The translations under genes were made by a program, and so were the position numbers. Under the pieces are notes generated by a model. That model saw only the letters and a program-made list of their open reading frames with translations. It did not search any database and had not been told where the DNA came from. 64,000 nt of DNA. It comes from Tubiluchus corallicola (Eukaryota; Animalia; Priapulida). Below are positions 1 through 11,512 of this stretch, piece after piece; position 1 is the first letter of the stretch; each line of letters starts with the position of its first letter. Where the stretch lies: NCBI GenBank assembly GCA_030141605.1, contig JAQGDQ010000012.1, forward strand, positions 372,001-436,000, in the 5' to 3' direction.

Positions 1-519
1 CAATTAGGCATTCCAGTAAGGCAGTTCTGAATGTTGCTAGTTGTTTGAAATCAGGGTAATAACTGACTTGACTAGTCAAAGATCATGTTGTGTCCATTTA
101 GCAACTGGAGTTAGGCAACACTTTGTTGAATTAGTAAATGGAGGGATCTCTGGGAAGTATTATTCTTGAGTGGTTCATCTGCCATACTGACCAGCACTAT
201 TTAGTATTTACCTGCTATAATCGTTGATAATTAGGCAAGTTCTTGTTCGATTATGCCACAACCATCTACATTAAGTATGCCCTTTTGTTGATTGTTGGAT
301 CTGGCTTCGCAAAGTGGAAATTGTATGAAAAAGTAATAAGTTCCTTGTTAGCATTTTTGTCGTGGCATGGAGCTTAGAAGCTAATTGTCACATAAAATGC
401 AAAATGATTCCAGGTTTAGAGTTTGGCAGTTACAGTAGTAAAGGATCCTAAACAAAAGTTTTCGTTAAGTATACCTTCTTGCTGATGGTAGAAGCCCATA
501 CTATTAATTAAATTTTGAT

Positions 520-597
520 TCCTGGATCCATATAGCCTGGATTTGAGCCAGGGTCCTTCTGCTTACAAAGTAGATGCTCCTGCCCGCCATGTTGCTC
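520..597 (-). mobile_element. Degenerate tRNA-like sequence, possible tRNA-derived SINE head
   Basis: Reverse complement reads AGCATCTACTTTGTAAGCAGAAGGACCCTGGCTCAAATCCAGG: anticodon-arm-like stem with TGT loop and a B-box/T-arm (CCTGG CTCAAAT CCAGG). No intact acceptor stem. Confidence 0.4.
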
Positions 598-3458
598 ATT
601 GATCAAGGTAGACCATAGTTAACAATCGTCATGTTTGTAATATAACTGTGGATTTGTACCACTTTCATCTAATGATAATCTTGACATTAACATTATAACA
701 ATGAGTACTTTTTTGTATTTACTTGTTTAGCAAGGATTAACTCTTAGCCAGTAAATTTTAAATAGGACGTCTGTACAGTACTTATTTTAACTAATCACGA
801 TTATTTTAAATTTGTCAAGTTTAACATTGCTTCAAATTCAAGTGGTGATGATTTTGCTAGTTTGACTACACAATTAATTAGGAAATTTGGCTGACAATAA
901 TTTGCAAAATATATTTCTTAATTTTTTTCAGTTTTTTACTGCAAAAAGGACGGTCTAGCAGTTATGAAAAAAGATGATGTAACAGTTATGGAACACTCCA
1001 TTTGTTTGCTGTAATAATTGCTTTTTTCTATAGTTAATGTATAATTCACTTGTATAATTGTGGTATCTTAATCAATTAAATAATACGTATGCTGTTTATT
1101 ATTATTTTTTCTGTTTGGTGTTTGTGTTGTATTGTGTTTGTTTTAAACTCAGGACAAGGCTCTTAGTGTACGGTAGTACAATACTGAATTATCGTATGAT
1201 ACAATTGTTTTGCTTAGAAAGTATCCATTAAGCATGATATAAAATTGTACAACATTTTTTCGGAAATATGGTACAGTTTGCAATTAAGAATTTTGTTCAT
1301 AGCCATATTTTTGTCATATGCTTTCTGTACTGACTATTACTCAGTCTTGTGTGATACATTGTAGGTGTTAGAGAATGGATGAATAATCTGGAGAATGGTG
1401 AACACATCTATTTTGTTTAGAAAGCAATCTCATGTAACCCACTGCTGTTGGTAATTAATAAATTAGTAAAATTAGCTAATAAGTAAACGTTAATACACCA
1501 TGTTTCTTTTTCTGACAATCTTGCTGCAGCATAGTTGTTACTCATTTGCAATAGATTTGTACCTACATAATGAGCATTTTCAAAAAGTTATTCACAACTA
1601 TAACACGTGAAATTTTGCATAACACATTTCTCTATGATAACTGATTTAAGTGAAACCTGTCTGTATGGAATGTATTTGCATGTATGATATGGTGATACAA
1701 AATTTTTCATGGGAACATGATTTTTGTACCATACTACCTATCTTGGCTGAGGAAACTTTCACTTTGAGCAACTTTGAATGCTTCCCAAATAGAATCAAGT
1801 AATAGATACTGTAATATAGCCTGTGGCATTATGTTTTTACCAACTTTGAATAGTGTAAAACAGTAAATTTCTAATACTGTGATTATCACATATGTTGAAC
1901 ATAAAGTGTCTAGAAAAATTAAGCAAAAATAACAACCTTTTTGATAATGAATTCTGTAGCTTCTCATGTGTACATATTATGTCATTACTGTCTAACAAAG
2001 GGATTTTACTTGTTTTACCAAATGTAAAAAGTGATGTGGAATTTTGTTTAGTATCACAAATGAACGGATCTCATGGGTTACTAAATTTGAACAATAAATT
2101 TGTAAATAATGTAATTCACCTGTAAATTATTTGGAATGGGTTTACAATTTCCCGCACAACTTAATTACCTTAATCCTAGCCCTAACCCTAATCCTAATCT
2201 GTTTCATGAACTAATTTTTTGTCTGTGACGAATTGTAAACTTTAGTTAATTATTTTTTGTTTGGAAATTGTTCTTTTTTGTTACTTTATTTCGGAGGCAG
2301 TTATTTTATTTTTTCAACAATTTGTGTGTGAAAAATAGTGCGTCAGCTTATAAATTTCTATATGTGTACACAGTATGCTTAAGCAGTCTGCTATTGTAAA
2401 AATAACATTGCCGCCGACCTATAGATGGCGCAAAATTTTTAGCCGGTTTAAGTCTCACCTGGCAGGTTGGTTAGCCAGGTAAAAGAAGTGCCATTCATAC
2501 GATTTACTTGTGCACAACTGGGCCATTGTTAGTGAACATGTAGACTTGCCTCAGGTTGTAGTTCACAATGGTGTGCTGCCATTGGAACTTCTCTGTCTGA
2601 AAATTTGCCTTTTCGTGTTTTAATCAGAGCTGGTTTTCTCTTGTGAAAATTTTAAAGCGGGTGCAGATGTGCTGTAGATGGAATAATAATTGTGTCAATG
2701 TTTTGTGTGCGCTCGATTGCTTAGCGCTTCCAGCCACAGCCAAAATAGGATTACTTTCAAGAAAGGAACGCTTATTTTTTGGTAAGTATGCTAAACCATT
2801 AAACTAATTAACGATTAAATTAAGTTAATCTACGTTTAACGTCAGGTTTAATGTAGGTTTATTACTGCATATCCAAATATGTTGTTATAGAATTATATAT
2901 ATATACTGCACTTGTTGTACTTGTAAGCCACATTCTAATACATTACGATTTGAGAGTTTGATTTTACCCTGTTTTTTTTCCAACAGAAGTTGTTACGTGA
3001 TATTTCTAGCCTTTTTAATACATGAATGATAACTAAAAATTTAGCTATTTTATTCTTTCATCGCTGCTCTCCAAGTATTCTTAATTAATCCACCTATCTT
3101 ACAATCGGACAAATAAGCTGAAACAGCAAATAGGCAGAGTCTATCAATGAATATACACTGAATTTTTTATCATGTTCTTTGTGTAGATAACATTTTTGTT
3201 GGATGCACAATTTCGTACGTTGTACGAGCTTTATATGCTTCTGCTAATTTTAGTCTGTACAGCTGACACGCATTTATAAGAAAGCTGAAATGATCTATGT
3301 TTTTGCAGATGGTTCGTTTCTGTTTTCCGTTCTTGTTGCTTTTTACTTTACAAGACTGTCCAGTCGTTTAAAGTTCTAGAATTGTCTATATATTAAATTA
3401 TCTGTGTCATCGTCTTGATTGCTGTTTTTGGTTTTTTAAGGGTTTTTGTTTTTTGCAG

Positions 3459-3560
3459 AGGCTCATTCATTAGTTATTTGAAGTCAAATAACATGTAATT
3501 TGGAGTAATTTGGCTATGGGCAGCAACAAGGCATCTGAGTTCATCAGTCGCTAATAACAG
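3459..3560 (+). other. Candidate non-coding 5'UTR exon of the membrane-protein gene
   Basis: Acceptor tttttgttttttgcag and donor CAG|GTGAGC; another strong donor G|GTAAGT at 2781/2782; downstream acceptor ttattttttcag at 11442. Linkage to the gene is inferred. Confidence 0.35.
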
Positions 3561-6500
3561 GTGAGCGAACGTTTAACGTCACATAACAACTGATTGGCAA
3601 ACACCATTTTAGGAAAAAAAGCGCACGGCTAATGAGGCAATTTTCACTAAAACTGATTGGTTAGCTTAAAGCGTTTAGCAACCTCTTGTGGGAATAAAAA
3701 TGCTGCATTTGAGTAAAGAAGGGAAACACCATCAGAAGCTTCATTTTTGTGTGTAATTATGATGGCCTCTATTCAAATATTATTAATATTAATTATTCAC
3801 CTAACCAACAATCCCAGAACTTAATCAATACACTATGAGGTACAGTATCATCAACATCTGTGTTATTGTCTACTTAGTTGCCTATGTAATTATTGCGTGA
3901 CTGTGCAATAGTAACCAGCAGCATATAAGTTATCGGAATACATTTACACGTTATTTTCCCTGTACTTGAAAGTAGCTAGCTGCTTATAAAAATCACTCAT
4001 ATAATTTGCAGTTTAGCTGCAGAACAGAGGTAATAGATTAGCTATTATTTTGCAGTCAGGGCACTCTCTTTTTGTCTCTTTTTTTGTTTCTCCTTCTTAG
4101 CATGTCAATAATTGTGTATTCAACTGAACTTTTGTTAGTTTGAAAAGCCTATTTTTCAGCCCGTTTTAATATTATTGTTATTTGAGGCCTACTCACACAT
4201 GAGTGAAATTATACTTAACTGTGGGAAAGCCATTTAATTTTTTTTTCTGAAAGGGGCAAAAAACTATAGCTTCTTGTAGGTTCTTAAATTTCAGAACTAA
4301 GCTACATTAGCAACCTGGTAACCTTGAAACACTAGCGTTGCCGCTAGGTAATTAGTAATAGCTTCTTTAATTATAAGTGCCTGTACTGAGTAATGACACA
4401 CATGCGTGTAATTGTGTGTATAGATTTCCACAGTTGTCACGCACGCGTGCATTTGACGTCTGTTCTTTGTTTTTAGTGCGCTATTTGTTTACAGGCTATG
4501 TTATCTGTAGTCCATTGCATCTTAGAAAACTTTTTATTAACATGTCTGTTGGAAAGACTGCTGTTAGACTAAGAAGGTCAGGAAAAATACGTTTTAGGAT
4601 GAAAGCAATCAAAGTATAACAAGTTACGCGTGTTATTTTTGGATAAATGTGGGTGAATATTAGACATCAGTTTCGGTGGCAGTACTATAGAAGAGCTTTC
4701 ATGCTGTAGAAAATGTTACACATTTTTGGGCTCGGTGAATAGGCAAGTGGCAACTGTGTATGCACAGTGACTAAAGTTAAACAGTGCTTAGTCTGGTCGC
4801 TAAATGACACTAGGTGACTGATAGGTTCAATAATCATTGTTACATCTGCTATACTCTCCTGATCTTTTATCTTGCTGAGAGAGTATTTACTCGAACATGG
4901 CCTAGACGCCTCTGATGGTCCAATACCTCGTGTTAGAGCACTGTCCTTGATAATGAGATACCAAGCGGGATCGCAGCTTGCACAGTATCGAACTGTAAGC
5001 CTACATAATAAAAATATGAATGCAAATTGCCTCTTTAATATGAGTTGCATCTGGACGTTGCTGAATACGATTGGGCCGTTCCAGACAGCTGCTACAGGAC
5101 TAAAAATAAAGCGCATCATATATTTAATATAATTATATATATAAGACGGCTATCAATTTCACTTAGCCTCATTTTTGTTATAGTCTGTCAGGCTGTCAGT
5201 CTTTTACTTGTCAGGCGTCTTGTCGTTGATGCCTTCTTTTCCGAGTTTGTTAACCTCTTAAACTTTTGCACAGTAGCCACATTATCGCTTTTTTCAAGTA
5301 GCTAATTAGTTGACTAACTGTTACCCGTCTTTTGGCAAATAAGGTGTGTAGAGTTTTTGCTAGCATTTCGTTAAAAAAGAGCCGCTTTATTATGATGGAT
5401 GGGGCGAGAGTTGAATGTATGATGGTGCCTGTGATCGAGGAGGAGTGCACGCTTCAGTGTACATGCTAAAATTTAGTGGAATTTTATTTCACTTGGTCTG
5501 ACATTTGGTAATAGTAATTTATTCTTACATCATTTACGACTAAAAGCTTATAGTCTCATTTTTATGGTTTATTGTGTGCTGTATTTTGGATCGTGGTAGT
5601 AAATGAACAAAATTGAAAACGTAAAAATGGTGAATTTAATGTTTGTAATGTAATGTGATTTATTTCACTAAGAACGACATACCATAGTTACATATTATAA
5701 AGAAAATTTTATCGTATGTTGTAATCACAAAGACAATGGCAAGAATTCCTTAGGATAGACAATTTTAATACAAAATGTACAACAGCTAATTACTTTAAAC
5801 ATGTAATGTGTTCAAAGCCCTTGAAATTCACCAAGTCTGGTTGTAAACCTAACTTTTGAAGAGTTTCGGCTTTTGGTCCTCTTTTTTAACATCTTCAGTG
5901 TATGCCCCGGAAAGTGGATAATGCTTTCCTGTCAAATCTGGTTTTACATTTCTGTTACTGGTTATAGAGACAGCACGTTTCAATAAATTAGCCATATATA
6001 TCCGGTTAAATGTGGTTATATTTTACTAATTTGCTTCGGAAATATGCTACAAACAGATAACACGCAGGTGCTCACTGGTGTGCTTTAGTAATTGTTACTT
6101 TAAAATATTTACTCAAAATTGCATGTACTTACCGAGTTGAAACCTAGGGCTACCCTGCGTTTTTGAAAGCTGGTTGTAGTAGGTGACGCAGTTTGTAATA
6201 TTTAATCTCGGGAAACTGTTAAACAGACAGTTCAAGGAGAACTTGAGACCATGCTGTTTTTCTTAGACAAACAGTTCTGGATGAAGCGGTCTCCGGGTCA
6301 AGGATGGGGCTTATCAAGTATCTGATCTTTCTAGTTTTCTTTTTTGTAGTGCCTGGCAAAGTTTCATACAATAGCTTAGCCAGAAGCTTGATTATTTAGT
6401 GATTTTAGATCGATTTTATCCAATTTCGACATCGCCGTAGAGAAGCTGAAACGAAAAAAGAAGAAAATGCGCCGATTGGGGAATGATAGAGTGGACGTGT

Positions 6501-7013
6501 CGGGGACGATCTCAGACCCCCAGCTTCAATCCCACAGCCTCTTCCCCGCGACACGAAATGTTAAAGTTCTGTGTTCGCTTCTCCGACTTTCTGGTAGCAT
6601 GTAAAGACCGGGTTGTCGTCTATTAAAATATTAAAAATAACTATGTAGAGCAGTTAATAGAAGTTGGCTTACCCGCATTAGGTGATGAACACCGCGCTCT
6701 GTGTTATCCTTATAATCCACTTTTCCGTGCTGTCAAAATCTACTTAGTAGTGCAAAATAACTTGTCTTTTGCTGTAAGTCCAGGTCAAATTGAAATATTG
6801 CTGATACTTGTGGGGCAGCAAGTGGCTGTTTTTTATCTCAAAGTGCATGTAATTACAGGTATAGCTGATATAATCACAGGTGTGAAGTTTCTTCATCGTT
6901 GCTTTTGAATTAGAAATAAGAATCGTATGTTCGCTTATAGCGGCTTATGGTTTTACAGTTCTTTTGGCAGCAGCTATGTAGTAGCCCAATGAAATATGTA
7001 CGCCAGTCTTTTT

Positions 7014-7016
<3 letters not shown>

Positions 7017-7066
<50 letters not shown>
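7017..7066. repeat. (TC)n microsatellite, left flank of the LINE
   Basis: Perfect TC run read directly. Confidence 0.97.
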
Positions 7067-7067
<1 letters not shown>

Positions 7068-7070
<3 letters not shown>

Positions 7071-8659
7071 GTAATATGGGTATTGTGAGTTCTTTCACTG
7101 TGAGAGAAGTACAAGAGGCCATTTCAAAACTATCTCTGCACAAATCGGCTGGAAATGATGCAATTAAATCGGAGCATTTTAGGTATGCTTCACATATGCT
7201 GCCAATAGTATTATCACTTTTATTTAGCGCTTGTGTCATACATTGTTTTTTGCCTGATTCTCTAATGCTGTCTGTCATTGTACCGATTGTGAAAGACAAA
7301 AATAAGGAAATTACAGCCAAGAATAATTATAGGCCAATAGCACTATCCACAGTGTCGAGCAAACTATTAGAAATTTTGTTTTTAAGCAGATACGGTAACT
7401 CAATTCAATCAACACCAAATCAGTTTGGTTACGTGGATGAATTGGGTACAGAAATGTGTTTGTATACCATGAAAGAAGTTATCGACTATTACATTCAACG
7501 CCAGAGTCCAGTACACATATTGTTCTTAGATGCATCTAAAGCTTTTGACCGGGTAAATTACTACAAAATGTTTCTAAAACTGGTCGATACTGATATGCCT
7601 AACATTATTATAAGATTATTAGCCTTTTACTACTCTCGACAAACCATGTTTGTGAGGTGGGGAAATTTTTGCTCTAGCACATTTAAAGTCGCAAATGGTG
7701 TTCGGCAGGGTGCAAAAATGTCACCCATACTATTTAATTTATATTTCAGAGACTTGAGTTCTGACCTCACATCTACCGGTCTAGGTTGTCAGATAGGTGG
7801 TACTTATATAAATCACCTTATGTTTGCTGATGATGGATGTTTACTAGCATCCACTACCACTGCTTTACAAACTTTAGTTGATATGTATGTTGATTACGCA
7901 AATAGTCATGACATAGTAATAAACGTCGACAAGACTAAACTCATAACAATTACACCCCCCAGTATGTGTGGGTTCAATTTCAGTTCACCTGAGGTAGCCG
8001 GTAAAATAATTATACCGTGTGAAACAGAAAAGTATCTTGGCCATATCATCACCAGTGATAACAAAGATGACATGGATGTAATCAGATAACGAAGTCTGTT
8101 TTGTGCTAGAGCGAACCGTATTCTTAGAAAATTTCATCATTGTTCACCTAATGTCAAAGCTCATCTGTTCAACTCTTATTGTAATTCTTTCTACGGTATG
8201 GCCACCTGGCGACATTTTTATAACTACAGTCTCAGCAAACTTAAAGTAGCTCACAATGTTTCAAAACGCAAACTTTTCAACTACCCATATGATTATAGTT
8301 CTAGGACCATTTCAGTAGACCACGATGTTTTATACTTTGATGTAATACGTAGGAAAACTGCATACAGTTTATACATTAGAGTAATGCAAAGCTCAAATCT
8401 TCTCATAAACGCATTGAATAACAGTGAAGCTTTTTACACTTCAGACATAAGAGACCAGTGGAGGAAAGTGTTAGGACGATTCAGGCTGGACGCATGATAT
8501 TGTATATATATATATAGACTGTACTGTTATTTTATTTATTTATGTATTAATTTGCATGTGTTGAGAGGAGGTGTTATAATTATTGTATGTCTTGTAATTA
8601 TTGTATGTTATGTATTCTATGAACTTGGTTCGAAATAAAGAGTTAAATCAAATCAAATC
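7068..8659 (+). mobile_element. 5'-truncated non-LTR retrotransposon (RTE-X-like LINE): RT domain and C-terminus with one nonsense codon
   Basis: RT motifs NYRPIAL, QFGY, FLDASKAFDRV, GVRQG..MSP.LFN, LMFADD, KYLG. TAA at 8087-8089 is followed in frame by RSLFCARANRILRKFHHCSPNVKAHLFNSYCNSFYGMATW... to 8497, an RTE-X-type C-terminus. AATAAA 8634-8639, then (AAATC)3 tail 8645-8659. Confidence 0.9.
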
Positions 8660-8700
8660 TCTCTCTCCCTCTCTCTCCCTCTCTCACATCTCTCTCTCTC

Positions 8701-8744
<44 letters not shown>
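8658..8744. repeat. Imperfect (TC)n microsatellite, right flank of the LINE
   Basis: TC run with a few interruptions, starting at the end of the AAATC tail. Confidence 0.95.
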
Positions 8745-8748
<4 letters not shown>

Positions 8749-11512
8749 TTCTAGTCATAACAATAGGCAACGCAGAATTAGTCAAATCGTACTCATAAAC
8801 CTTCACCGGAGATGGTTCAACTTTCGCAAATAGGTGTGCTTGCAATAAAACACGTATCCTGCCGCGGCTGCTCTGTTTAATAAAAATTTAACACAGTAGG
8901 CCTGTTTATCTTCCTGCAGACAGCCTGCTCTTTTGCCTGGGGTTAGGTGCAAAATTTCCGGCTTGATTGCTTTAAAATTGCATTACATGGTTTTAATCAC
9001 GTGTAAATTTGTGCATGTTCCCTACTGGGTCCACTCGAACATGTAGGCGATAACTGCGCGAAGTCTTATGATGTTATTGACAGTGAATTTAAATGTTACT
9101 TCACTTTACAGCCTTCGCAGACTTTAATGTCAATATCAATGTCAAACTATATTTGAAAACAATCTACCTCATAAAATATAATAAGTGGACATACTGTTTT
9201 TATAGTTTGAATCAGAATCAGTTCTATAGCTGAAACAAACTGTGAAGGAACTGCAGAAATTTAATTTCGCGTTCGCTTGACTAGTTCTTTGTTGCTACAT
9301 GCATTTCAGATATGTCCACTTGTGATGTAATGCACAAGGCCGAGAGTTCATGCGTGAGAATAGCTGTAAACTTGAAATTTGAATTTTAAACTTGAAGTTT
9401 TGCAGAGTTTTTTTGTATATCACACTGAATGTTGTACTGTAACACTGTACTTCAATCTTTCCTTTTGAAAACACATGCAACACGCTCATAGAATGTTTGT
9501 GCTGTTGACAAAGAAATGCTTTGACATTATTATGGGTGTTAAAATGTATACTTCTTGGTTGGGGTAGATTATGAAAATAACCCTTTTTCCTTTAAGAAAT
9601 GACAGTGATCCGATATATGAAGTAAATTCGTCACTTAAAACTGTGATTTTACTTGATAATGGTGTTACAAACGTGCACCTCTGCTGAAATCAAAACAAAT
9701 AAAAAACGTTTATTAGGTAATATTTGTGGTTCCAAATTTTTTTTAATACATGCTGTTATGACTAAGACTACTCCTAAACGTGATAACAAAAGATTATTCA
9801 CACAGATTGAGAGGACAAAGTCATCAAACACGCAATCTGGTGGCTTTTGTTCATTGGAAAAAGTGCTTAATTCTGTGTATAGCCTTAGTTAGTTTTGTTT
9901 GTTATTTTTACTGACTGACTAGACGGCACGTTTAGAAAAATTCGCATACAATGTTTTAGGACGTTCAGACTTCAGCGTTCATTGACGAAAACAGGCAAGT
10001 TTGTAATAATGAATTCACTCAAGACGGGAATCGGAATGCGTTGTATGCATTTATAATAGGACCTGAAATCGTCATGTATTTACAGGAGTAAACGTGTTCA
10101 CATGAATGTTTTATGTTGCATCCTGATTATTCCTCGGCGTGTAACCATCTTTATTGTAAAAACGAGGTGACTTTGATTGTAATTAATCGAAAAACCGCGG
10201 GTCTACAAATCATTATAGTGGGCGAGTTTAAAATTAAATTTTCGAATGTCACTACACAACTGCTAGTTAAACTTCGCCTTAAAATTTTTCACAGTTAAGA
10301 TTTGCAACCGGAATTTACGCGAATGATTAAATTTAGGCGTTGCTTCGTGTATATCTGTGTTTTTTCATGTAGTGTGTTGAAGATAGTGTGATATTGTTCG
10401 TTTAGACATTATAAAAGCTACGACTATGTACAGTACTTTACATCGGCTTCACTCTTTAAATCGAATATTTTCATTAATTTTGTGAGCTTCGATTTGCAGG
10501 TGCAGATGCATTAAGCCAGCTTTTCTTAAAGGCTGCGTTCGTACAGTTTTCTCACATTTTTAGTAGATTTTTGCCTCGAATAATTAGTAGTGTGCTGTAT
10601 TGTATTTTCAGCAATCTGTGCGACAAATTCCAAAGATTCTAGTATGTTTCAAAATCTTTTTTATTTAATTTTCGGTTGCAAAAATGAAGATCACTTTCTT
10701 GAAGATAATCTATAATTTCGTCTAGTACCGTCCATCGCTGTGCGGAACCGCCGACATCGGCTTGCAAAGCCCCACAACTGTATTATTGAGAGTTTATCCC
10801 GACTTTGCTGCGCGAGTTTACCACACATGTGCGTTAATCATTGTTAAAAAGTATCACAGATACTCAAGAATTGTTCTTTCCTTTTTAAAAGAAAAGTAGA
10901 CTTACTAAGTAATATCTCATCGTTACTTTTTGTGTAACATCTTTATGGCTTGTCAAGTGGTCCTGGCGGTCCTTAGGGTCCTTAGGGTCCTTAGTCCTGA
11001 ATACCTGTTTTGTTCTCTAGGGTGACTATTAACTACATTACAGAACTACAGTAATTTATATTACTTAGCATTTTTCCTCGTATTATTTTTTTAACATTTA
11101 TGGAATGACTATTTGTCTCTAGCAAGCGTGCAAATATTGCTTGTTTGTGCGTTTAAATACTGGATTGAGTTCAGGTTCTGATTTGGCGTCGTTCTCAATT
11201 TACCTGTGCGAACTGTAGAAAGACGAGTTCTGCTGTTTGTTTGAATAACTTCTTTTTTTAGTCACCTTATGACAACACCTTGAGCCTAGTAAAGAAAAGC
11301 GATTGTGATTTTTCAGCTCTGTGGTACAATATGACACTTTTATCATATTTTACTACATTACCCCTTTTGATTTTTCTTTTGGTAATGCCGCCAGCTTATA
11401 CTACATTTGCATTTCTGTGTAACCGTTCATTTATTTTTTCAGGTCCTTATTAAATTCAGATTGCAAGTGTTTGTCTGCTTGATGTGACATAGGTAAGACT
11501 GATGAAGTTGAT

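Noticed and set aside
520-597. Functional tRNA-Thr(TGT) gene
   Set aside because: The D-arm and acceptor stem do not form; kept only as a possible SINE head.
2168-2200. Telomere-like CCCTAA variants
   Set aside because: Only a few degenerate units, typical of interspersed repeats rather than a telomere.
4685-5305. Cluster of overlapping 86-144 aa ORFs
   Set aside because: No recognisable motif or consistent splice structure; possibly a decayed transposon, but unsupported.
6947-7066. ATG and SLSLSL N-terminus fused in frame to the RT ORF (domesticated RT gene?)
   Set aside because: It is read-through of flank and (TC)n with no stop. The RT is 5'-truncated and has a nonsense codon, so a chance frame is more likely.
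7012-7320. Minus-strand ORF ending in REREREK
   Set aside because: Antisense of the LINE plus translation of the microsatellite.
8087-8089. Programmed stop read-through in the RT
   Set aside because: A single CAA-to-TAA-type mutation in a dead copy is the simpler explanation.
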